Below, in pieces: positions 56,957-64,000 of a DNA stretch of 64,000 nucleotides. Below the pieces are notes generated by a model, which saw nothing but the letters and a program-made list of their open reading frames with translations, was not told the DNA's origin and did no database searches. Every line of letters starts with the position of its first letter. The stretch's first letter is position 1. Source of the stretch: Planctomycetota bacterium (lineage in GTDB: Bacteria; Planctomycetota; B15-G4); the NCBI GenBank assembly GCA_038212275.1, contig JBBQUR010000001.1:256001-320000 (forward strand). Reading direction: 5' to 3'. A program made the position numbers and the translations under genes.

Positions 56957-58371
56957 TTCAACTGCAGCAACTGCTGCCGCGTGGCCTCATCGATGACGAC
57001 GTTGCCGCCGGCATCACCTGCATCGAGACGCGCCCTGAGCGAGAAGATCTCGGCGAGCTGACGATACAGCGCCGCGTCGGCATCGCCTGCGAAGGGAGCA
57101 TCCCGGCCCAGGTCGTGACGCTCGGCGGCATCGGCGCGCAGGTCGTACTCCTCCAGCGTGCGCGGTTCGCCGCGGAAGATCGTCGCGCTGGAAGGAGTGC
57201 GCAGAGTGGCCATGTACTCGTTCGGGAACATCGTCCGCTCGGCGAGGATCGGCTGGTCCGTCGTGCGCCCGGACGCGAGCGATGCGATCAACGAGTGTCC
57301 GGTCATCGTGTCCGGTCCGGGGATGCCCAGCAGTTCGAGCAGCGTGGGCATGACGTCGAGCAGGCTGGCCTGGCCGGCGACGCGCGTGCCGCCCAGCCGC
57401 CCTCCCGGCAGATGCACGATGAGCGGCACGTGCAGGTGCTCGCGATAGAGCTGGTCGTGCTCGTAGTGCCCGTGCTCCGCAAACTCCTCACCGTGATCCG
57501 AGAGCACGATGACGATCATCCGGTCGAACACGCCGAGCATCCGCAGCGCGCCGAAGAGCCGGCCGATCTGCGCGTCCGTGTAGGCCACTTCACCGTCGTA
57601 GAGATCCGACAGATAGGCAGTGTCTTCGGGCCCGAACCGGTCCACGTCGGCCCAGAAGCTGCTGAACATCGCGCCCCATTGCTCCTGGAAGGGACGGTCC
57701 TCGATCGCCAGGACGCTTCGGCCCACGAGCCCGCGCGGTTCAGGTGCGAACCGGTCGCGGTATTCCTTCGGCGGCAGGTAGGGGCCGTGCACCTGATAGG
57801 TATGCATGAAGAGGAACATCGGCTCCGGCTGCGCGAGACCCGCTTCGGCAGCCGCGAGCGTCCGGTCCACGATGACCGAGATGTCCTCGGTCTCGGACCT
57901 GAACCGGGACTCGAAGCCGCGATCGAAGCCCATGGCGCCGAGCAGGTTTGCGCCGCAGGCGACGCCGGCATTCCAGTATCCGGCTCGTTTCAGGACCTGC
58001 GGAAAGGTCAGGCGGTTGTGGCCCAGCTGATGGACGGGCAGCTTCAGCCGCGCTGAGGCATTGCTCACGCCGTGAGCCGACACCGGCAGCGACGTGAACA
58101 GGCTCATGTGCGACTCGGCCGTCTTGCAGGACGTCGAGTACACCTCGTCGAACACCACGCTCTCGCCGGCGAACTCGTCGAGGTTCGGAGACGTGCCGCG
58201 GGTGTAGCCGTAACAGCCGAGGCGGTCCGCACGCAGCGTGTCGATCGAGATCAGCAGCACGGGCGCGCCCGGAAAGACGAGCGGAGCTTCGACCGGTGCT
58301 CCGTCCCCGCAGGCCGTCAGCAGGAGCGTGGCCAGCCAGAGTCCGGCGAGGCACGCCGGCATGCGCTTCAT
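56875..58371 (-). CDS. Sulfatase/alkaline-phosphatase superfamily lipoprotein
   Basis: LLTAC lipobox, ISIDTLRADRLG, KTAESHMSLFTS, HTYQVHGPY, YDGEV, SDHGEEF, HVPL. Confidence 0.88.
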   Translation of the reverse strand: MKRMPACLAGLWLATLLLTACGDGAPVEAPLVFPGAPVLLISIDTLRADRLGCYGYTRGTSPNLDEFAGESVVFDEVYSTSCKTAESHMSLFTSLPVSAHGVSNASARLKLPVHQLGHNRLTFPQVLKRAGYWNAGVACGANLLGAMGFDRGFESRFRSETEDISVIVDRTLAAAEAGLAQPEPMFLFMHTYQVHGPYLPPKEYRDRFAPEPRGLVGRSVLAIEDRPFQEQWGAMFSSFWADVDRFGPEDTAYLSDLYDGEVAYTDAQIGRLFGALRMLGVFDRMIVIVLSDHGEEFAEHGHYEHDQLYREHLHVPLIVHLPGGRLGGTRVAGQASLLDVMPTLLELLGIPGPDTMTGHSLIASLASGRTTDQPILAERTMFPNEYMATLRTPSSATIFRGEPRTLEEYDLRADAAERHDLGRDAPFAGDADAALYRQLAEIFSLRARLDAGDAGGNVVIDEATRQQLLQLNYVGEDDDVPAAPAGSPLERWPADGPK

Positions 58372-59120
58372 CGCGCGCTGCGTGCTCCCAGCAGCATGTG
58401 GGCAAGCAGCAGCGCTGCCAGGACCAGGCTGCCCGTGATCGGCAGGCTGAGCCAGTCGATCGGTTCGGCGACGCTGGCGCTGGACGGGGCACGCACGGCA
58501 CGGCCGTCCCGGCCTGCCGCGGAGTTCGTCGGCGCGCCGGCGGGTGGCGCCTCGCGCTTCAGGCGGATCGACTGGATCGCCTGCATGAGTTCCGGCTGAA
58601 CGATCGCCCAGTCAGCTGCATAGGCCTGGAGACTCACCATCGCGAATTTGTTCCGGTCCGGTACGTACACCACCGTCTTGCGCATGGGCACACCTGCCTG
58701 ATTCTTGAACGACCCCTCGAGGCGGAATCCGCCGATCGGGGGCTTCACGGCTTCGGTGATTTCCACAGTCATGCCGGTCTTGCCGTAGGCCTCGATGAGC
58801 TCCTCGGAATTCCGGTAGGGCGGCGGCCCGTCGAACACGTGCACATCCATCTGGCGGTTGTACGGGCTGGTGCCATCCACCCAGAAATAGTGGTGCGAGA
58901 AGAGCTCGCCGTCGACGGCCTCATCGCGCGGCACGTTGCGCGCGGCCTCCTCGGAGACGTTCATGATGAGGGCGCGATGCGCAGGCGTCACCTCCTGCAA
59001 TCCTTCCGGGACCGACACTTCGAGCCCGAAGTCGGGATCGGTGAACGACGATTGCGCCCGCAGCGTGCCGGAGGCGCCGGCGAGGCCGGCCAGGAGCAGC
59101 AAGACGATGGGAATGCGCAT
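58368..59120 (-). CDS. Hypothetical exported protein with C-terminal membrane anchor
   Basis: N-terminal signal peptide, C-terminal hydrophobic helix; ATGA overlap with the sulfatase-like gene. Confidence 0.7.
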   Translation of the reverse strand: MRIPIVLLLLAGLAGASGTLRAQSSFTDPDFGLEVSVPEGLQEVTPAHRALIMNVSEEAARNVPRDEAVDGELFSHHYFWVDGTSPYNRQMDVHVFDGPPPYRNSEELIEAYGKTGMTVEITEAVKPPIGGFRLEGSFKNQAGVPMRKTVVYVPDRNKFAMVSLQAYAADWAIVQPELMQAIQSIRLKREAPPAGAPTNSAAGRDGRAVRAPSSASVAEPIDWLSLPITGSLVLAALLLAHMLLGARSAR

Positions 59121-59298
59121 CGGAAGGTCCTGCAGGGTGGCGCTGGATCGGTGGAAGCATAGAGCACGATGAGCCTGGGTCACAGCCCGCGAGCCGCCCG
59201 CGGCGCGTGTTTCCGGCGTGCCTCGTGTCGGCTGTGGAGGGCCGGTGCCTGCATTCCCGTGTCGTCGGCGCGGCGCACGTCCTTAGAATGCGCCGCCG

Positions 59299-59976
59299 AT
59301 GAACTCGTTGCTTGCACTCGCCATCGCTTACGTTGCGGGCAGCCTCTCGTTTGCGACGATCGTCGCGCGCAGTCGCGGAGTGGACATCCGCAAGCAGGGG
59401 AGCGGCAACCCGGGGGCGACCAACGTAGGGCGGGTGCTGGGCCGCCGCTGGGGGCATCTGGTCCTCGTGCTGGATATCCTCAAGGGGCTGCTGCCCGTGC
59501 TTTTTCTGCGGGCTTTCCCGGGCTGGGTGGATGACGGCCGCGCTCCGATCGCCGCCGCGGTCGTGATCGGTCACGTGTTTCCGATCTTCTCGCCGCTCCA
59601 CGGCGGCAAGGGAGTGGCCACGTTTCTCGGCGCCGGTCTCGGCATCGACTGGGTGCTCACGCTCATTGCTCTCGCCGTGCATTTCGGCGTTCGCCGGGCG
59701 ACCGGCTACGTCTCCGTCGCATCGGTCGCGATGGCGTGGTCGCTGCCCGTATCGCAGTGGATCGCGCGTAGTCTCGGCTTGTCGGAGACCGTGAACACGG
59801 CCGGCGCCCCCGTGCTTGCGGGACTCGCGCTGGTGATCACGTTGCGTCACGCGAGCAATTTCGTGAGGATTCGTGCCGGCAGCGAATCCCGGATCGGTCG
59901 GCCGTCGCCGCACCCCGGCCAGTCCGGGGACTCTGCGCCGACGTCGGAGAAACCCATGCACAAGGGAAAGCACTGA
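59299..59976 (+). CDS. plsY: Glycerol-3-phosphate acyltransferase PlsY
   Basis: DIRKQGSGNPGATNV, DILKG, GHVFP..GGKGVAT, RHASNF. Confidence 0.95.
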   Translation: MNSLLALAIAYVAGSLSFATIVARSRGVDIRKQGSGNPGATNVGRVLGRRWGHLVLVLDILKGLLPVLFLRAFPGWVDDGRAPIAAAVVIGHVFPIFSPLHGGKGVATFLGAGLGIDWVLTLIALAVHFGVRRATGYVSVASVAMAWSLPVSQWIARSLGLSETVNTAGAPVLAGLALVITLRHASNFVRIRAGSESRIGRPSPHPGQSGDSAPTSEKPMHKGKH

Positions 59977-60971
59977 TGGAAAACGTCGCGGTCCTCGGCG
60001 ATGGAGCATGGGGCACGGCCCTGGCGATGGTGCTCGCCGAGCGTGGCGCCTCGGTGATCCAGTGGAGCTACTCGTCCGAGCGTGCACTCGAGATGCAGAC
60101 CTCGCGCACGAACCGCAAGTATCTGCCGGGATATCGCATGCCGGACGGCGTGACGGTCACGGCCGAAGCCGCCGCCATGGCGCACGCCGACCTCATCTTC
60201 AGTGTCGTGCCGAGCCAGTTCCTGAACGCGGTGCTCTCCGGCCTCAAGCCGCACTTCAAGCGGGCACGTCCGTTCGTGTCCGCGACCAAGGGCCTGGAAT
60301 TTCCGACGCACCGGCGTGCGACGGAGATCATCCTCGAGACGCTCGGGCCGCGGTCGATCGCCGTGCTGTCGGGGCCCAGCCTGGCGGGCGAGGTCGTTCA
60401 GCACATGCCGACGGCCGTCGTGGCTGCCTCGCGCGACCTCGGGCTTGCGCTGCGCGTCCAGGACCTGCTCACGACGGAGCACTTCCGTGTCTACACGAGC
60501 CAGGATCCTGTGGGCGTAGAGCTCGGGGGCGCGCTGAAGAACGTGCTGGCCATCGCCGGCGGCATGGTGGATGGCCTGCGACTCGGCGACAACACGAAGG
60601 CCGCGCTGCTCACGCGCGGCCAGGCGGAGATGGCACGCCTCGGCACGGTGCTCGGCGGACAGACGGACACCTTCCACGGCTTGTCCGGCATCGGCGACCT
60701 CGTCGTGTCGTGCATGTCGAGCCAGGGGCGCAACCGGCAGGTGGGGGAGCGCATCGGCCGCGGCGAGACGCTGGACAGGATTCTGCCCACGATTCCCGGC
60801 GTGCCCGAGGGCGTGCTGACGAGCAAGGCCGTCATGCAGCTGGCCGAGGAACACGGCATCGAGTTGCCCATCTGCCACGAGATCCACGAGGTGCTGTACC
60901 GCGGCAAGGATCCGCTGCAGGCCGTCGCGGACCTGATGACCCGCCAGCAGAAGGACGAAGTCATGACCTGA
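59976..60971 (+). CDS. gpsA: NAD(P)H-dependent glycerol-3-phosphate dehydrogenase
   Basis: GDGAWGTA, TKGLE, SGPSLA, GGALKNV, GIGDL..C, RN, PEG. Confidence 0.95.
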   Translation: MENVAVLGDGAWGTALAMVLAERGASVIQWSYSSERALEMQTSRTNRKYLPGYRMPDGVTVTAEAAAMAHADLIFSVVPSQFLNAVLSGLKPHFKRARPFVSATKGLEFPTHRRATEIILETLGPRSIAVLSGPSLAGEVVQHMPTAVVAASRDLGLALRVQDLLTTEHFRVYTSQDPVGVELGGALKNVLAIAGGMVDGLRLGDNTKAALLTRGQAEMARLGTVLGGQTDTFHGLSGIGDLVVSCMSSQGRNRQVGERIGRGETLDRILPTIPGVPEGVLTSKAVMQLAEEHGIELPICHEIHEVLYRGKDPLQAVADLMTRQQKDEVMT

Positions 60972-60999
60972 TCGGCAGCGCGCCGTCCGGCGCGCGCGA

Positions 61000-63024
61000 T
61001 CAGCCCTCAGGGGCCATCGCTCCGGGTTCGGGCACTGGTGCGGACGCGGGGGCCGGAGTGGTCGGCGGGGCTGCCGGCGAGACTGTCGGCATCGCAGCGG
61101 GCATCGCGGAGTAGTCCATGCCGCACCAGGCCTTGAAGGCCTTGCGCTGAGCGTCGCTGGGCGACTCCACCGGCAGCAGCCGCCAGTCCGCGAGGCGCAG
61201 AAGGCGCGGTCGCAGAGTCACCCGTCGCAATTCCTGGCCGCGGAAGAAGGAGATCTCCACGTGTTCGCCGCGCGTCCTGTCCAGGCGATCCTGAAGGGTG
61301 GCGGCGTTCAGGCGCATGCCGTTCACCGCGAGCAGCAGATCGTGGACATTGAGCCCTGCCGCGAAGGCCGGGCCATCCTCCAGCACCGCCGTGATCCGGC
61401 ACAGACCGCCTTCGTCCGCGGTGGAGACCCCGAGGTCAGGCGACAGCAGGAAGCCGTCGCGATCACGGGCGAGCAGGCGCGCGGATTCGGTCGGCTTCTG
61501 CACCAGGCGCAGTCCGACCCAGGCGAGATCCTCATCGGGTGAAAGCGGCGCAGTTCCGTCGACCCAGTCCGCGAAGAACGATGAGAGGTCGGTGCCGGCG
61601 GTTCGCTGTGAAAGTTCCCGCACGGCGCCTTCGGGAAAGCCCGATCCGGCTTCCGTGTATTGCTTCCACCCCAGCCGCAGGGCGTCGGCCAGGCATCGCG
61701 ATCCGCCGGTGGCGCGACGGATGCGCATGTCGAGCAGCAGCGCGACGAGGCCGCCCTTGGTGTAGTAGCTGACCGAGGCATTGCGGCTGTTCTCGTCCGG
61801 ACGGTAGTACTTGATCCAGGCGTCGTGGCTCGCGCGCGTGAGGCTCATGCGCCGTGCGCCGGGGAGTTCGGCGATCTCGCGGAACCCGGAAGCCAGCACG
61901 TCGAGATACTCGGACGGCTTGTCGCAGAAGCCTGCGCGCACCGTGGAGAGGTGGTCGTAGTAGCTCGTGATGCCTTCGGCTACCCAGAGGTCGCGCGTGT
62001 AGTTCTCGTGGTCGTAGTCGAAGGGACCCAGGGAGGACGGCCTGAAGCGCTTCACGTTCCAGGCGTGAAAGAATTCGTGCGCGATCAGCTCGAGCAGCGC
62101 GCGGTATTCCTTCTTCTGGTGCAGGGTCCAGCGCTGGGCGACGCAGACGCTGCTGTTCTTGTGCTCGAGGCCGCCGCCGCCGCTGTCCACGAGCGGGATG
62201 ATGAAGGTGTAGTCGTCGAATGGCATCAGGCCGAAGATCGAAGCGACCTCCGCGACGATGCGTTGCACGTCGCGCTGCAGCGCCGCCTCGTCCACGGCGC
62301 CTTCGCCTGCGAGCACGATGCGAAACGGCACGCCGTCCTGGGTGAAGGCGAGCACGCGGTGCGGCCCGACCTCGATCGGACAGTCCACCAGCGTGTCGTA
62401 GTCCGGGGCCAGCCAGCCGTCTCCGTCCGCCGTCAGGCCGGTGGCAACCTGCCAGCCGTCCGGTGCATCCAGTTCGACGCGATGGCTGCCTGCCTCGCGG
62501 CCTCGCACGAAGAGGAAAGTCGCGGCCGGCGAGAGGAAGGCATGGCGGTCGTCGACGTGGCTTGTGCGCACGGAGCGCTCGTTGGCGTAGACCGTGTAGT
62601 CCACGTGCACGACCCGCGCGCCGCCGGAGTCCACGCGCCACGAGTTCTTGTCGAGCTTCTCGACGGGCAGCGGGCGGCCGAGGTCGTCGCTGGCAACCAG
62701 GTCGAGCACGTTGCGGCTGTACTCGCGCACGAGGTAGCTGCCGGGCGTCCATACCGGCATCGCCACCACGAAGCCTTCGGGCGGCGCGTCGGAGAGCGAG
62801 AGGCGCACGTCGACGCGATGAGCCTGGCGGTCTGGAAATCGGAGGGAGTAGCGGAGCATGGCGGTCTCGACGGGGGCTGGCGGAGGCGCCGGTTCGCGCT
62901 GCAGCGGCTCGACCAGGTCGGCGGAGGCTGCACCCGGAGGACCGGGCTCGCTCACGTCGCGCGGACCGATCGCACAGGCAGTCAGCAACAGGAGCGAAAC
63001 GGCGGCGACGGCGTGATGAGGCAC
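61000..63024 (-). CDS. M61 family glycyl aminopeptidase with PDZ domain, lipoprotein
   Basis: LLLTAC, PVWTPGSYLVREY, GGGLEH, HEFFHAWNVKR, EGITSYY, SYYTKG, PDZ GPAFAAGL. Confidence 0.93.
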   Translation of the reverse strand: MPHHAVAAVSLLLLTACAIGPRDVSEPGPPGAASADLVEPLQREPAPPPAPVETAMLRYSLRFPDRQAHRVDVRLSLSDAPPEGFVVAMPVWTPGSYLVREYSRNVLDLVASDDLGRPLPVEKLDKNSWRVDSGGARVVHVDYTVYANERSVRTSHVDDRHAFLSPAATFLFVRGREAGSHRVELDAPDGWQVATGLTADGDGWLAPDYDTLVDCPIEVGPHRVLAFTQDGVPFRIVLAGEGAVDEAALQRDVQRIVAEVASIFGLMPFDDYTFIIPLVDSGGGGLEHKNSSVCVAQRWTLHQKKEYRALLELIAHEFFHAWNVKRFRPSSLGPFDYDHENYTRDLWVAEGITSYYDHLSTVRAGFCDKPSEYLDVLASGFREIAELPGARRMSLTRASHDAWIKYYRPDENSRNASVSYYTKGGLVALLLDMRIRRATGGSRCLADALRLGWKQYTEAGSGFPEGAVRELSQRTAGTDLSSFFADWVDGTAPLSPDEDLAWVGLRLVQKPTESARLLARDRDGFLLSPDLGVSTADEGGLCRITAVLEDGPAFAAGLNVHDLLLAVNGMRLNAATLQDRLDRTRGEHVEISFFRGQELRRVTLRPRLLRLADWRLLPVESPSDAQRKAFKAWCGMDYSAMPAAMPTVSPAAPPTTPAPASAPVPEPGAMAPEG

Positions 63025-63123
63025 GCACCGATCATCCGGAAGACTCGCGGCGCCGATCAAGCACGGAGCCGTCGAAGTCGTGGCGAGGGCGCGCCACCGC
63101 GACGGGGCGCGGCGCGATCCGCC

Positions 63124-63543
63124 TCAACGAACGAGCAGGTCGTCGAGCACGGCGCGGATGTCGGGCGGGAACGGGACGCTTGCGAAGGTGTCGAGATCGA
63201 TCAGCGCCACCGTGCCCAGGGCCTGCACGGACGGCTCGGACTGCCCGCCGTTGAAGCCTCGATACCTGAAGGTGACCGACGTCCGGCCGATGCGCGTGAC
63301 ATCCAGCACCAGTCGCATCGGGTCGCCGAAGCGGAAGGCTTTGCGGAAGTCCGTCTCGAGCCTGACCATCGGCAGGCCGAGCCGCCGCTCCGAGAGGAGA
63401 GTGACGTACGGCTTGCCGAGCCGCTCGCCGAACATGTCCTCGAACACCGCGTGGAAGTTCTCGAAAAAGCGCGGGTAGTACATGATGCCCGCGCAATCCA
63501 CCTGGCCGAAGCGCACCGGCAGCGTGACCTCGAAGGCCCCCAA
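63124..63543 (-). CDS. Acyl-CoA thioesterase (4HBT/hotdog fold)
   Basis: VRFGQVDCAGIMYYPRF, IGRTS; TTG start immediately after the iscX stop. Confidence 0.88.
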   Translation of the reverse strand: MGAFEVTLPVRFGQVDCAGIMYYPRFFENFHAVFEDMFGERLGKPYVTLLSERRLGLPMVRLETDFRKAFRFGDPMRLVLDVTRIGRTSVTFRYRGFNGGQSEPSVQALGTVALIDLDTFASVPFPPDIRAVLDDLLVR

Positions 63544-63544
63544 G

Positions 63545-63751
63545 TCAGTCCTCCAACTCGTCGAGCCACGCCATCTGGATGGCCTCGAGCACCTTCTCGC
63601 CGCCCTGCTGCGACAGGCCGGTGAAGCCCGGCAACGCAAGCACCCAGGCGTGAAGGTCCGTGAATCGCACGCTCAACGGGTCGACGTCAGGGTGCGCCTC
63701 GGCGAGCAACGGCGCGATGTCGTGCACGTCGGTCCAGCCCATCGGTCTCAT
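63545..63751 (-). CDS. iscX: Fe-S assembly protein IscX
   Basis: WTDVHDIA, DPLSVRFTDLH.WV, EKVLEAIQMAWLDE. Confidence 0.93.
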   Translation of the reverse strand: MRPMGWTDVHDIAPLLAEAHPDVDPLSVRFTDLHAWVLALPGFTGLSQQGGEKVLEAIQMAWLDELED

Positions 63752-64000
63752 GCGCGCGGCTCGGGAAGTGCGGCGGATGCCGCATGACCGCGGTTGAGCT
63801 CGGACTTGATGGCCGCGCCGATGACCTCATCGGCGAGCACGTGCGTGCGCTCGCCGAATGCGTCGCACGCGGCCTTGAGGCGCGGGACGTCTCCCGCGGC
63901 GGCGAGGCTCTCGATCTCCGAGATCTCGCGCGTGAGCTCGGAGCGCTGCTCGTCCGAGAACGGCATCTCGGCCATGCCGAGTACGCGCCGCGTTCCGTGC
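63748..64000 (-). CDS. hscA: C-terminal end of an Hsp70-family Fe-S chaperone (5'-partial)
   Basis: Helical lid-like sequence open to the window edge, ATGA-coupled to iscX; identity inferred mostly from context. Confidence 0.6.
   Translation of the reverse strand, partial: HGTRRVLGMAEMPFSDEQRSELTREISEIESLAAAGDVPRLKAACDAFGERTHVLADEVIGAAIKSELNRGHAASAALPEPRA

Noticed and set aside
1..64000. tRNA, rRNA, prophage, integrase or IS elements
   Set aside because: None recognised by eye; a tRNAscan-SE/Infernal run (including tRNA-Sec) would be needed to exclude them formally.

Overview
High-GC (roughly 70% by eye) bacterial chromosomal window of mostly housekeeping and cell-envelope genes. The protein repertoire (DCNGNG-repeat and IPT/TIG secreted proteins, several sulfatase-fold lipoproteins, giant PstC) suggests an uncultured Planctomycetota-like organism; this is inference. 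About 49 CDS are supported, including lpdA-lipB, mazG, clpS, an atypical ClpP, Rieske-miaE, pstSCAB-phoU, a PPi-type phosphofructokinase, an IscA/HesB protein, queD, plsY-gpsA and hscA-iscX. The main hidden signal is two genes that the ORF track splits at an in-frame TGA lying exactly at a redox Cys position, each followed by a SECIS-like hairpin: an AhpD/CMD-type peroxidase (CFYU-VAAH, 34786-35376) and a stand-alone GrdB/PrdB-like reductase (VPA-U-GLC, 36428-37252). They lie about 1 kb apart, and the second ends a GT2 glycosyltransferase-DUF547-selenoprotein run, a candidate selenium-dependent redox/glycosylation module. Other items worth checking: a SIR2-STAND-TPR protein with a degenerate sirtuin site, a methyltransferase/transglutaminase-like fusion missed by the ORF track, a rod-like ncRNA candidate upstream of queD, many apparently leaderless genes and an NfnB-NfnA-like fusion. 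No CRISPR array, tRNA, rRNA, transposase or integrase was recognised.
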